A stretch of 62,893 nucleotides of DNA, filler included, from Lentisphaeria bacterium (GTDB taxonomy: Bacteria > Verrucomicrobiota > Lentisphaeria > JABSQK01 > JAWLHB01): NCBI GenBank assembly GCA_041690595.1. It is 5 parts of 5 records of this genome, joined end to end, with 100 filler letters (N's around TTAATTAATTAA, not from the genome) between each part and the next. Parts side by side here need not be neighbours in the genome. Positions count along the whole stretch, not along the records: positions 20,666 to 32,999 come from JAWLHB010000019.1; positions 33,100 to 38,752 come from JAWLHB010000021.1; positions 38,853 to 45,618 come from JAWLHB010000027.1; 2 more parts are not named here. The stretch is one strand, 5' to 3'. The notes beneath the pieces were generated by a model. The model had not been told where the DNA came from. It was given only the letters and a program-made list of their open reading frames with translations, and ran no database searches. The position numbers and the translations under genes are program-made. Positions 29,166 to 39,121 of this stretch are shown here, in pieces (within the stretch, counting starts at the first letter, position 1; each line of letters begins with the position of its first letter).

Positions 29166-32100
29166 TCAACGAGCCATCGGCAAGGAGCCGGATCCAGATG
29201 TTGCTCTCTCTGCCTCCGTTACGTCTTCGACGATCAGCTCCTCGATGAAGAAAAGCGCCTCACCCTCGTCGTAGACGCGCATCAACAGGGGCGCCAGGGT
29301 CACGACCTCCGCGGGCAGTACATTGGCGGCGCCCGCGGGCCCGATGGTCGTCTCGAAGTCGCTGAATCCATCGGTTGGCCCTTCCATCATCAGCGACCAG
29401 GCCCAAGTCTTCCCGGCCGTCGTTTCCACGTTCTTGCCTGCCACATCGCCGGCATAGGACGAGAGGTAGACACGGTGATTGCCGGGGATGCTGACGCGGG
29501 CGCGCACACGCATGGTGGCTTGCGGATCCACGACCAGCGAACCACGCGCAAGCAGTAGCGCGTGGCGCCACTTACTGGTGGAGGTATCCAGACAAACGAC
29601 CTGTTGGCAGGATTCTCCCTGCAGCCCAAGCGCAGCCAACTCCGGGGATCCCGGCAGAAGGGTGACGCGAAACTGGCTGTCGACAGGCTGCTCAGGGAAA
29701 ATATCGGCCCCGCGCAACCTTACTTTGGGGCGGTGGATGCTCTGCGGCGCCCCGTCGGCGGGCGGTGCCTCGATCAGCCTTTCCTCTCCGTAGGTAATCT
29801 CACCGGGTTCCAGGAGCGTGAGCGTGGCTTTGCCGCCGACGACTCTAGCCATTCCGGCGGTTCCCTGAACGTGCAGATCCCCCTCGCGGAAGTCAATTGG
29901 CTCGTCCGACATGAAGACATAGTCGGTGGTGTCGCCAGCCGCTATTCTGAATCCCCGGCCTTCGGCGATGGCTGTAACAACCGGGGCTGCTGTGCCTTTC
30001 CGGCGCGGGATTATCAGGGTCAGGAGGCGATCGAAGCGTGGCACCTGCATGACGATGCCTGTCTGTGTCGCAGGTACGCGGCCACGGTACTGCCCCTCGG
30101 CGTTGAGACCGTATGGCTCGCGGGTCTTCTCCTCGCTTCCCAGTGTGGCATCCGGTGGCAGGTCGGCAAAATGAATGTCGGCGTCCATATGCTGGAGGCC
30201 CGTCAGGACGGCATGCCGTTCATGGATCTGCAGCTCCTGCCCTGTCAGCCACAGGCGCCAATCGGCTGGGGCGGCGGTTGAGAGCGCATCGTGGATGACG
30301 AAATAGTTCAACCCTTCGGGGGCGGCCGCCTTTACGAGCATGGCTCGGCGCGTCCACGCATCCTTCACGCCGCGCACGAAATCCGCTTGCGCCGTTTCGC
30401 GAAAGGTCTCCACGTGCATGAGGTTGCGGGCGGGCGCTGCCGGCGAGTCAAGCATGCTGTGGTCGGCGCCTGGCGCATATCCGGTATAGCCGAAGTCGTC
30501 GGCGATGATCTCGCCCTGGCCCCAGAGGGTGATACTGCCGGAATCCATGTCGTAGTGGCTGTGACCGTCACCGGCGATCATGTAAAGCATGGTTTCGTGT
30601 GGCGTGTTGTAATGATTGCGCAAGATCACCGACGTGCCGGTCCAGTGGCGGCTGGTGAAGGTCGGCTCTACCGGTTCCACATCGTTGGCCATAAAGAGTT
30701 TTCGGTACCCGGCGAAAGCGGGGACAAAGCCGCCGACCGCCTGGTGAACCTCGTTGCCCTGCTGCAGTTGCATCCACTTCATCCAGCCGGCAACCTCGGG
30801 ATCGCGCTCGCGATAGAGATGCGCAACAATGGCGAAGAGGCCCGGGGCCGCGGAGAATCTGTAGACGTGGCCGACGGGCGGCGTGTGGCGCCAGTCGCGG
30901 ATACGGGCGTCGCGCGGGGTTGCCGAGTGCACCCACCAGAGCGCGAGGTTGCGGATCCCCGGATGGAAGAGCGTCTCGCTGTCAGCGCCGCTGGTGTAGG
31001 CCCGGTAGGCGGCACCCAGTACAATGTCGTAGATGAGGTACTGATAATCGAGAGACTCCAGCTGATCGCCCCGAAACTGGCCGTCTTCAGTAGCCCAGGT
31101 ATCGAGAAATGTCACCTGCAGATCGCGGCTCGCCTTCTGCAGCCAGCCTTGCTGCTCGGGGTGGGCCGGGAGGACACCGGCGAGCGCGGCCCGCACGCCG
31201 TAGGCGCAGGCGGTCATGTTGGGGAAGCCGGCATAACCTCGCTCGGGAGAGCAGAAGGCGTCGCTGTTGAAGATGTAGGAGAGAAAGGCCAGGTGCCCCT
31301 GCAGGCGCGTGCGCTCCGCCTCGGTCAGACTGGGGCTGTCGTAGACCAGCGAAAGCACATTGCAGGTAGTGATGAAGCCGCGGTAGTGGTGCGGTGCGTA
31401 GCCGATGGTGATGACATTATCCTCGAACCTGCTGAGCTGGTCCAGCCGGATCTGCACATCGTTGATGACCAGATCGATCAGCTTGCGTTCGAGCTCCGTG
31501 TCGCCCGTTGCCAGGTAGGCGGGAATCAACTCCTCGGTGGCATGAATGGTTGCCTGCAGTCGGCGCAGTTGCTCCAGCCTCTCTGGAGAGAGCGAGTAGT
31601 TGCGCATCAGCAGGCGCTGATCATTAGGGCTGAGGAAAGGCGTGCCGCTCCGCTGGGGCGACTCCCAGGCAAGCACGTAGTCCTTGATGCGATCGAGAGG
31701 AAAGTCGCCGTAGCGCATTTGCTGGACCTGCGCCTGTGCAGGTACTCGCCGATCCTGCTGCCAGTTTTCGCGATCGACATCCGCGGGGGCGGCTCCAATC
31801 AGGTATTCGCGCTCGCCTCGCTGCAGTTGCCACGCCATGCTCAGGCCGCCGTCCGCCTGGCGTTGCAGCCAGGAGCTGACCTCGGCCCGCTGGTGGTCAG
31901 GACGTTTCGGGTCCACCCAGAGTGCTGGATTCGTGGCCGCGACTAACAGGCTGTCGTTCCACGCCTCATCCACAAGGCTGAAGGAGGAGACCCGGGCCGG
32001 GTGCCCTCCCCAGTGGACCCACGGCTCAAGCAGCAGCACGTTTTCGGTCTTGCTCAGATTTCGGACCAGGTACTTGCCGTCGTGCGCCTTCTCGCCATCG

Positions 32101-32834
32101 ATGTCGTGACGCGAGGAAGCGCGCATCAGCGCGTATGCGGGGGCAAAGCCGTCGTCCGCGCTGAAGATCCACTCAACGGACCGTGGCACGGTGCATTCGA
32201 AGCGCTCGTGTATCTTGACGACTGGTTCGTCCGCCAGCAGCTCGCAGGTGATGATCCAGGTGTCGCCGTTGTCAAACTGCAGGCGAGTGACCGTCTTCGC
32301 GCGGACCGGTCCATCTTCCTCCATCAACGTCACGCAGCTGGTCAGCCCGGCAGGCTCGGTGAACTGCGTCGTACCCGTCCACGCGCCGGACGTCAGTTTC
32401 CAGCCCAGGATCGGCCCCTGCCGCGGATCGTTGGGCAGGCCCTTCAACAGACGAACGCCGGTTCGGTCATTGGCCAACTCGATATAGCTCGCGGTCTCGG
32501 TGACGGTCAAATCGGTGCTGGCAGACGCCACACCTTCCGCAAAGATGTAGCGGCTGGTGCTGTAGGGCTGCACATCCGCCTGAAAAGCGATCCGCCCAGT
32601 CTGTGGGTCAAGTTGGTAGACGACCTCGCGGCCGTTGCCATCCGTCAGCTTGTGGCCGGCGATGGCCTTCATGGTCGCAGCATTGAGTCGATACTGCACC
32701 AGCTCGTGCTGCCAGTGCCGACCGATGTAGTCGCTCAGCTCAAACTCCGGAACCTCTGCAGCCGCAACCGTCCAGCCGGCAAGCAGGAGAGCTACCCAAC
32801 AGCTCAGGGTAATGTATCTGATGGTGGTCATCAA
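29166..32834 (-). CDS. Exported heparinase II/III-like (polysaccharide lyase-like) protein
   Basis: Signal peptide, helical toroid region, 'GHSHYDMDSGSITLWG', 'WTRRAMLV', 'YFVIHD'. Confidence 0.65.
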   Translation of the reverse strand: MMTTIRYITLSCWVALLLAGWTVAAAEVPEFELSDYIGRHWQHELVQYRLNAATMKAIAGHKLTDGNGREVVYQLDPQTGRIAFQADVQPYSTSRYIFAEGVASASTDLTVTETASYIELANDRTGVRLLKGLPNDPRQGPILGWKLTSGAWTGTTQFTEPAGLTSCVTLMEEDGPVRAKTVTRLQFDNGDTWIITCELLADEPVVKIHERFECTVPRSVEWIFSADDGFAPAYALMRASSRHDIDGEKAHDGKYLVRNLSKTENVLLLEPWVHWGGHPARVSSFSLVDEAWNDSLLVAATNPALWVDPKRPDHQRAEVSSWLQRQADGGLSMAWQLQRGEREYLIGAAPADVDRENWQQDRRVPAQAQVQQMRYGDFPLDRIKDYVLAWESPQRSGTPFLSPNDQRLLMRNYSLSPERLEQLRRLQATIHATEELIPAYLATGDTELERKLIDLVINDVQIRLDQLSRFEDNVITIGYAPHHYRGFITTCNVLSLVYDSPSLTEAERTRLQGHLAFLSYIFNSDAFCSPERGYAGFPNMTACAYGVRAALAGVLPAHPEQQGWLQKASRDLQVTFLDTWATEDGQFRGDQLESLDYQYLIYDIVLGAAYRAYTSGADSETLFHPGIRNLALWWVHSATPRDARIRDWRHTPPVGHVYRFSAAPGLFAIVAHLYRERDPEVAGWMKWMQLQQGNEVHQAVGGFVPAFAGYRKLFMANDVEPVEPTFTSRHWTGTSVILRNHYNTPHETMLYMIAGDGHSHYDMDSGSITLWGQGEIIADDFGYTGYAPGADHSMLDSPAAPARNLMHVETFRETAQADFVRGVKDAWTRRAMLVKAAAPEGLNYFVIHDALSTAAPADWRLWLTGQELQIHERHAVLTGLQHMDADIHFADLPPDATLGSEEKTREPYGLNAEGQYRGRVPATQTGIVMQVPRFDRLLTLIIPRRKGTAAPVVTAIAEGRGFRIAAGDTTDYVFMSDEPIDFREGDLHVQGTAGMARVVGGKATLTLLEPGEITYGEERLIEAPPADGAPQSIHRPKVRLRGADIFPEQPVDSQFRVTLLPGSPELAALGLQGESCQQVVCLDTSTSKWRHALLLARGSLVVDPQATMRVRARVSIPGNHRVYLSSYAGDVAGKNVETTAGKTWAWSLMMEGPTDGFSDFETTIGPAGAANVLPAEVVTLAPLLMRVYDEGEALFFIEELIVEDVTEAERATSGSGSLPMAR

Positions 32835-32929
32835 CTCATCCTTGTGCGCAAATTACGTCGGAAGTTCTGTGGTAAGAGGTTGATGATCCACAGCAAGTTT
32901 ACAATCTAAGAGTGGCTTCATCGCACTAT

Positions 32930-32960
32930 ATGCTAAGCAGGATTGACGGCATTGTCAATC
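32930..32960 (-). promoter_or_regulatory. Promoter TTGACA-17-TAGCAT overlapped by palindrome GATTGAC-N6-GTCAATC
   Basis: -35 at 32958-32953, -10 at 32935-32930, palindrome 32941-32960. Confidence 0.55.
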
Positions 32961-32999
32961 GGGGGCTCAGCGTTTGCCGATGGCGGTGAGGCGATACTT

Positions 33000-33099
33000 N
33001 NNNNNNNNNNNNNNNNNNNNNNNNNNNNNNNNNNNNNNNNNNNTTAATTAATTAANNNNNNNNNNNNNNNNNNNNNNNNNNNNNNNNNNNNNNNNNNNN
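33000..33099. other. Artificial contig linker
   Basis: N-run with TTAATTAATTAA. Confidence 0.99.
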
Positions 33100-33878
33100 G
33101 TCCACTCTGTCTTCCCCTCATCATAATACCAGCCATCGGTCTGCAGCACCTCCGCTTCTTCCTTCGGATAGTACTGCTTGTACAGCTCCTCCCGCTGGCG
33201 TTCATAGTCAGCCAGGAAGAGGGTGCGGGCTGGATGCCACTGACCGTCGCGCGCCATGTAACCGTTCTGCTTGTACATCAAGCCGCTGATGAGTGGCCGC
33301 TGCTCCTCCTCAAATCTTGCCCGCTGGCGCTCGAACTGCTGCGTCTGCACTTTGATGAAGCGCTTGATGTAGCCATCCTGAACGTCACGCAGAAAGTGCG
33401 CCTGATCCTGTGAGACGATGTCGGCCATGGGGATGATCTGATCTCCGATCCGGATATTGTTGCGGGAGATGGCGTACAGCGTACCGGTGATCTCCTTGGG
33501 TTCCGGTCCTTGCTTGCGCGCCCGGATAGTGACGCGCTCCCCCTTCTTGTAGAGGCGGAACAGCTCTTCCGCTTGATTGACGATCTCTGCCCGCCGGCTC
33601 TCGGGATACTTCTCATCGAGAACCCTCTGCAGCTCATCCTGAATCATCTGTTCGACTTCTTCCAGGGCAGCGGTGGGAGGCAGCACCGGCAAGGTGTACT
33701 CTTCATGCTGTTCGGCGAATTTTGCCGGAGGCATGACCTGATTCAGAACGCCGATGAGATTGCGCTCGATATCGTATTTCAGACTCTCCATCGCTGCTTC
33801 GCGCTCGGAAGCCAGGGCCGCCATCATCGTCAGCGCCCAACACATCAGTATCGTCAGAAAAGATGGTCGTCGTAGCAT
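33100..33878 (-). CDS. Hypothetical exported protein (3' truncated by contig end)
   Basis: GAGG RBS, signal peptide MLRRPSFLTILMCWALTMMAALA, long ORF with typical codon usage. Confidence 0.7.
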
Positions 33879-33933
33879 GACCTCTAATCTCCGCTCGTTG
33901 GTAATTGTTGTGCAGACTGCTTTTTCCATTGCC

Positions 33934-34731
33934 TCAGCTTCCCAACGGGAAAGGCAGTCGCTGAAATTCCCCGCCACACAGCGTCGTCAAGATACTACCC
34001 ACACGTTGAATCGCCTGTAACCGCCCTTCCATCATCGCTGAAAGAAAGAGCTGCGACAACACCGTCAACCACACTTCCTGATTGCCGCATGGATGCAGAT
34101 GATCATGACGGGGCAGGCGGGTAATGCGCCAAGACTCCGCCGGCTCCACCAGGTGTCCCCGCGCGTCCAGCAGGCAGTGCTTGCCCTTGAAGAGAACCAT
34201 CGTTGCATTCCACCCGCGCTGGCGGCCGAGATATCGCGCCAGAACCGACAGCAGTATCGGCGCTCCCATTCGCTGCACCAGCATGTCCTCCACAAGATAG
34301 AGGTCGGCCCCCAGAATGTCCTCACCCGTATAGGTGAAGCCTTCGCTCCGCAGGAACGAGGTCAGCCTTACCGTATTCAGATCCTGCGGCAGGCGCGTCA
34401 GCAGATCCTCCAGCATCTCGGTGATCGTTACCGGGTTCATCCGGGGATTGTACTGATAGTTGATCTGTACAAGACCGTCCCATACCGACATTGCACCCCG
34501 TTCAACCTGCTGAATCAGATCCGATCGCATCCGCCGGAGGTTGAGGATGTTGCTCAGCTGGTGTATGCGGCTGCGCAGCACGGGATTCGCGGCTTCCTGG
34601 AACTCGGCGACGAGATGCTCTGCCTCCTGATGATGGAGCAATTGCTCCATGGCCAACGTCGATACCTGTGTATCTTCGTCTTCCAGAAGGTTGATCAGAG
34701 CATCCAAAGTGGGTTGTTTAAGCTTCGCCAT
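33934..34731 (-). CDS. Transglutaminase-like / SirB1-family protein
   Basis: 'LDALINLLEDED', 'YLVEDMLVQRMGAPILLSVL', 'FKGKH'. Confidence 0.6.
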   Translation of the reverse strand: MAKLKQPTLDALINLLEDEDTQVSTLAMEQLLHHQEAEHLVAEFQEAANPVLRSRIHQLSNILNLRRMRSDLIQQVERGAMSVWDGLVQINYQYNPRMNPVTITEMLEDLLTRLPQDLNTVRLTSFLRSEGFTYTGEDILGADLYLVEDMLVQRMGAPILLSVLARYLGRQRGWNATMVLFKGKHCLLDARGHLVEPAESWRITRLPRHDHLHPCGNQEVWLTVLSQLFLSAMMEGRLQAIQRVGSILTTLCGGEFQRLPFPLGS

Positions 34732-35320
34732 TAGCCGGTACGACTGGTCGCTCGTTCTTGTATTCCACACGGTATCTCAGCACCTGCCTAATATACCCGC
34801 GCGTGGAATGGATTGATATGTCGTCAATTACAAATTTTACGTGCTTGTGAGCCATGTCGCGCGCTCGACTGGGGCCGGCGTTGTAGTGAATCAGCGCCAG
34901 CAGTTCCGCATCTGGATGGCTGGCCCACTGCCGTAGACCCCGTGCCAGGTACCATGTTCCCACTTCGATGTTCAGGGCGGGGTCGTGCATCACGCCCGGC
35001 CCGCTGATTGGGCGTTTGCGGATACGCGCATAGTCGCTCCAGGCACCGGCCGTGATCTGCATCAGCCCGATCTCGCCCGCCGCGCCCACCGCATCCGCAT
35101 CGAACGCGCTCTCCTGTCGTATCACCGCCTTCACCAAGGTCGGATCGATCCCATGACGAATGGCAGCCGCCTCGATCAGACTGTCATAGCGGTCGTCACC
35201 ACCCGCCGAGTTCCGCTGCTGCAGCCAGACTCCCGCGCCCGCCACAAGAAGGAGGGCGAATGATGCCAACCACCACCGCCAGGACCACCTGCCCGGGATA
35301 TCGTGTCGCTGTATGTTCAT
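34718..35320 (-). CDS. Lytic transglycosylase (SLT domain), membrane-anchored
   Basis: 'LVKAVIRQESAFDADAVG..GEIGLMQI', 'YNAGP'. Confidence 0.9.
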   Translation of the reverse strand: MNIQRHDIPGRWSWRWWLASFALLLVAGAGVWLQQRNSAGGDDRYDSLIEAAAIRHGIDPTLVKAVIRQESAFDADAVGAAGEIGLMQITAGAWSDYARIRKRPISGPGVMHDPALNIEVGTWYLARGLRQWASHPDAELLALIHYNAGPSRARDMAHKHVKFVIDDISIHSTRGYIRQVLRYRVEYKNERPVVPANGEA

Positions 35321-35534
35321 GTCGGCTTCCTCCGCATGCCGGCCTTCCCGACTGCCTGCTTCCGCCCACAGTATACTCACTCCCGGCCGTTTACGCAAGC
35401 TTGCTCCGGCCTCTTTCACAAATGGGGTCAGCCTGTGCGGGCGCGGCAAAGCTGCCCCTGCCTTGCTGTCCGCATGGCGAGACGCTTGTCGACGGCATGG
35501 TCGCCAATCACTCCCGATGCACGCCGGCAGATCC

Positions 35535-35852
35535 TTACGACTGGAGGCTGATGACTTCCTGGTAGGCCTGTACCAGCTTGTCCCGGATTTCCTTCATCAG
35601 CTTGAAGGTAAGGTCGGCTTCCTCAAGCTTGAGGACCACATCGTGGAGGGCCTGATTGTCCCCGGTGGCCAAAGACTTGATGGAGTCGTCGGCGACCTTC
35701 TGCGCCTGGTCGACATCCTGAATGAGCCGGCTGAACATCTCCTCGAAGGAGGCTCCGCCGGCAGCCGGGGTGGCGGTGGACTGGAGGCGGTCAGCCGACG
35801 CCGCCTGCTGCGCCTGTTGTAGTGCGGAATTGAGTTGGACGGGATCGATCAT
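35535..35852 (-). CDS. fliE: Flagellar hook-basal body protein FliE
   Basis: 'LHDVVLKLEEADLTFKLMKEIRDKLVQAYQEV'. Confidence 0.92.
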   Translation of the reverse strand: MIDPVQLNSALQQAQQAASADRLQSTATPAAGGASFEEMFSRLIQDVDQAQKVADDSIKSLATGDNQALHDVVLKLEEADLTFKLMKEIRDKLVQAYQEVISLQS

Positions 35853-35875
35853 GTTATTACCTCGAGGGTGGCTTG

Positions 35876-36304
35876 TCAGCCGCCCTGTCTCAGGATGTCA
35901 ATGGTGCGTTCGGCCATGCTTCGGCCTTGGCGAAGGACGGAAAGATTGGCTTCGTAGCTGCGACTGGCGGTGATCATATCCAGCATTTCTTCCATCGGCG
36001 AGATGTCGGGCGTCTGCACCATGCCGTTACCGTCGGCATCGGGATGATGCGGCGCATAGATCTGTTTGGGCGCGCGGCTGTCTTCGATCACATCGGCAAC
36101 CCGCACGCCTGCCAGCTTGCTTTCGAATCCATCATCGCCGCCCATGGAGGCGCTTTCGAGAATGACCTGCGAACGCTTGAAGGGCTGCCCGTCGGCGGTG
36201 CGCGTCGTGTGGGCGTTGGCGAGGTTGTGCGCGGCCACTTCCATGCGGGTGCGCTCGGCGGAAAGACCGCTGCCGCAGGTTGTTGCTCCAGGTATGAGAT
36301 CCAT
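35876..36304 (-). CDS. flgC: Flagellar basal-body rod protein FlgC
   Basis: 'SGLSAERTRMEVAAHNLANA', 'PHHPDAD..G.V', 'ASRSYEANL'. Confidence 0.95.
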   Translation of the reverse strand: MDLIPGATTCGSGLSAERTRMEVAAHNLANAHTTRTADGQPFKRSQVILESASMGGDDGFESKLAGVRVADVIEDSRAPKQIYAPHHPDADGNGMVQTPDISPMEEMLDMITASRSYEANLSVLRQGRSMAERTIDILRQGG

Positions 36305-36332
36305 GTCGGGCTCCTTCTAACGTGTGCGCGGG

Positions 36333-36680
36333 TCAGCTCATCGCCAGTCGGGCAATGCGCATTTTCGTAGCGAGCGCCCGGGTCAGCAGCTGGTGATAGA
36401 CGCTGTTCTGTACCAGATCGTTCATCTCGTTCCCAAGCTGGACATTATTCCCATCAGCTCTGGGCGGTGATGTCATGTCATCCTGCAATTCCCCCTGCAC
36501 CGCCGCAAGTCCTTTCATGTCGCGGCTTTCCAGGTGCTGGGCCAGGGTCTGTTCAAAGACCAGCTTCTGGCGAAGATAGCCAGGGGTGTTGGCATTGGCG
36601 ATATTGCTGGCAATAGCCTGCTGTCGCTGCATGCTCAAGTCGAGCAGTTTGCTCAACAGGACGGTTTCACCATTTTCCAT
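36333..36680 (-). CDS. flgB: Flagellar basal-body rod protein FlgB
   Basis: 'RQQAIASNIANANTPGY', 'RADGNNV'. Confidence 0.93.
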   Translation of the reverse strand: MENGETVLLSKLLDLSMQRQQAIASNIANANTPGYLRQKLVFEQTLAQHLESRDMKGLAAVQGELQDDMTSPPRADGNNVQLGNEMNDLVQNSVYHQLLTRALATKMRIARLAMS

Positions 36681-36738
36681 AGCGTAGCTCCTCGGGCAGG
36701 GATTGCCCGTTCATACCGCAGGATTCGTACCAGCAGTC

Positions 36739-37227
36739 TCAGCTTGCCGCTTCCGCATATTCGGGGGCGACCATGTGATCCCAGATGCGATAGCGCAGGT
36801 ACTCTTCGGCGTCCTCGATGATCAGCTGCCTGGCTCGATACGTCCGCACGTTCACCACGATCGGGCACATCAGGTTGGCCGTTATGTCTTCGCTCTTGGG
36901 CGCGAGAGTTACCAGGGAGAAAAGCCACGCGTCCCGCTGCGAGGTCAGCTCCAGCGATTCCACAAAAGCATCCGGCAGCGTTGCCGAGAACGTAGGGCAG
37001 ACGACAAATGGCTCGACACAGACAAAGCTGAGGTCGGCAATGCCGATTGCGCGCATGTAGAAGAAGGGTTCGATGCCCGGTTGGGTGGCGAAAGTCGCTT
37101 CCCGAAGAACGGTGAAACCCGGGATTCCCTCCGCGAAACGGACGGTCGTACGCGCCTGTTCATGCGCCGATTGCTGGCTCAGGGCCAACCCCAGTGGATT
37201 ACTGCTGGAGAGTTCTGGCATCTTCAT
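36739..37227 (-). CDS. fliW: Flagellar assembly factor FliW
   Basis: 'FAEGIPGF', 'SFVCVEPF', 'ITANLMCPIVVN', 'ARQLI'. Confidence 0.88.
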   Translation of the reverse strand: MKMPELSSSNPLGLALSQQSAHEQARTTVRFAEGIPGFTVLREATFATQPGIEPFFYMRAIGIADLSFVCVEPFVVCPTFSATLPDAFVESLELTSQRDAWLFSLVTLAPKSEDITANLMCPIVVNVRTYRARQLIIEDAEEYLRYRIWDHMVAPEYAEAAS

Positions 37228-37291
37228 CGGTAGGTCCTCGTGTTGGTTTTGACTTGCCGGCCTGCACGTACAGACCGCACGCCGCCATTAC

Positions 37292-37307
37292 TGCAACAAC
37301 CGTGCCA
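37292..37307 (-). promoter_or_regulatory. Sigma54 (-24/-12) promoter of the fliW-flgB-flgC-fliE operon
   Basis: TGGCACGGTTGTTGCA on the minus strand, 65 bp upstream of the fliW start. Confidence 0.75.
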
Positions 37308-37726
37308 GCACCCTCGATCGCCCGGCTTCAGCCTCAGAGGCGGTCGACCTCCGGTAGTTCCGCCGGTGACGCCGGTACTTTCTGCCGCCCATCCGGCAGG
37401 ATTTTCCCGCCCCACCCACCTGCCGGCGATCCTGCCATGAACCCGGCCTCATCATCATAACAGCCTCAATATCAAGGGTTTAGCGACGCCTTCACGACCA
37501 TCTGGAGGCAGGCGGGCACGGCTCCTGCGTCTACGGCTGGCGGCGCAAGCCACCACTGAACGAGCCAACCATCGTGAAGACGATAGAATCATCGAGTCAC
37601 CACATACAGGGAGCCAGAGAAGGAACGAGTCGAGACGTCAGGGACCGGATCATGAGATTCCGGCAACGCTTGTAAAACACTGGGTCGACAGGGACGTCGA
37701 TCCCGAATGTCATGGAGGACAACACT

Positions 37727-38671
37727 ATGTCTCTTTACGTCAGCAACAACACTACCGCTTTCAGCGTGCTCGCCAATTACTCGAACAACATGTCCGGGTT
37801 GCAGAAGAGCATGACCCGTATGAGTCGCGGCACCAAGGAAACTTCGGACGACCCCTCGGGGGTAGGTATCAGTGAACGCATGCGCAGCCAGATTCGTGGC
37901 TCGAACAGTGCGCGTACCAACGTCGAAAATGGCGTCTCCCTGATCCAGACCGCGGATTCCTGGCTGCAGCGCATCAACGACATGCTCGGGCGCATGCATG
38001 AACTGGCGGTTGAAGCGAATGACGGAACGAAGACCAACATCGACAGAGGCAACATCCAGGAGGAATTCAAGCAACTGCAGGAAGAGATCACCCGCATCAC
38101 CTCCCGCAATACCTCAGCGGCCAAGTACAATGGCCTCTATCTCCTGCGCGGTGGAAGCGGCAACGCCATCGATAACGGCGACGGCGTCAGCTCGGGAACC
38201 GTGAAGCTCCAGGTTGGTTCCGATACCAACCAGACCTTCTCGCTCGCGCTGGCCAACCTCCAGGTGACCAACTCCGCCACCATCGGAACGGTGCATACTT
38301 ATACGTACAGCACCAACCACACGGTGACCGGATCGACCCATACCACCGTCACCTGGTCCAGCGTCATCGACAGCACCAAGTCCAGCGTCGCGTCCGCGAA
38401 CACCATCGGCATGATCCAGAGGGCCATCGACCATGTGTCGAACTCCCGCTCGCGTCTCGGCGCGCAGCAGAGCCGCCTGGAGCATACACGCTCGGGACTG
38501 CTTGCCCATGAAGACAACATGCGGGCAGCCGAGAGCAAGATCCGCGACGTTGACATGGCCAAGGAGTCGACGGAGCTGGCCAAGTACCAGATCCTCAACC
38601 AGGTAGCCAACGCCATGCTTACGCAGGCGAACCAGCTGCCGTCCTCGGTCACCCGTCTGCTTGGCGGTTGA
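37727..38671 (+). CDS. fliC: Flagellin
   Basis: 'SDDPSGVGISERMRSQI', 'GVSLIQTAD', 'LGAQQSRLE', 'ESKIRDVDMAKE'; GGAGG RBS. Confidence 0.96.
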   Translation: MSLYVSNNTTAFSVLANYSNNMSGLQKSMTRMSRGTKETSDDPSGVGISERMRSQIRGSNSARTNVENGVSLIQTADSWLQRINDMLGRMHELAVEANDGTKTNIDRGNIQEEFKQLQEEITRITSRNTSAAKYNGLYLLRGGSGNAIDNGDGVSSGTVKLQVGSDTNQTFSLALANLQVTNSATIGTVHTYTYSTNHTVTGSTHTTVTWSSVIDSTKSSVASANTIGMIQRAIDHVSNSRSRLGAQQSRLEHTRSGLLAHEDNMRAAESKIRDVDMAKESTELAKYQILNQVANAMLTQANQLPSSVTRLLGG

Positions 38672-38705
38672 TCTCACACCCTGGCGGCCCCGCCGCCTGA
38701 AGCAT

Positions 38706-38745
38706 GAGGGGAGCATCCCGAAAGGGGCGCTCCCCTCAGCCCTTT
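38706..38745 (+). terminator. Hairpin terminator after flagellin
   Basis: TGAGGGGAGC...GCTCCCCTCA stem with an internal GAAA-loop hairpin. Confidence 0.65.
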
Positions 38746-38752
38746 GTGGGGG

Positions 38753-38852
38753 NNNNNNNNNNNNNNNNNNNNNNNNNNNNNNNNNNNNNNNNNNNNTTAA
38801 TTAATTAANNNNNNNNNNNNNNNNNNNNNNNNNNNNNNNNNNNNNNNNNNNN
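38753..38852. other. Artificial contig linker
   Basis: N-run with TTAATTAATTAA. Confidence 0.99.
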
Positions 38853-39121
38853 AGCACGATGTTGGCAAGCGCCCAACCCGCCGATTCCTCTTTCTCGTCC
38901 TTCTCCTTCATGAAGACCGGCAGAAAGCTGGGGCCGATCGCCTCCTCGCCAATCAGGTACGCCGAGTAGATGATCCCCTCGAACGCAAACGCATAGACCG
39001 CCGCATAGGTGGCCTGATCCATGTAGTTGCCGGCGACCATCGCCTGAATCAGGCCGAAGAACTTCAGAATGAGATGTGCGATACCCACGACGATGCTGGC
39101 GCGGATGATCCGCTCCCCCAT
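38853..39121 (-). CDS. murJ: Lipid II flippase MurJ/MviN, N-terminal fragment
   Basis: 'RIIRASIVVGIAHLILKFFGL', 'IGEEAIGPSFLPVF'. Confidence 0.65.
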
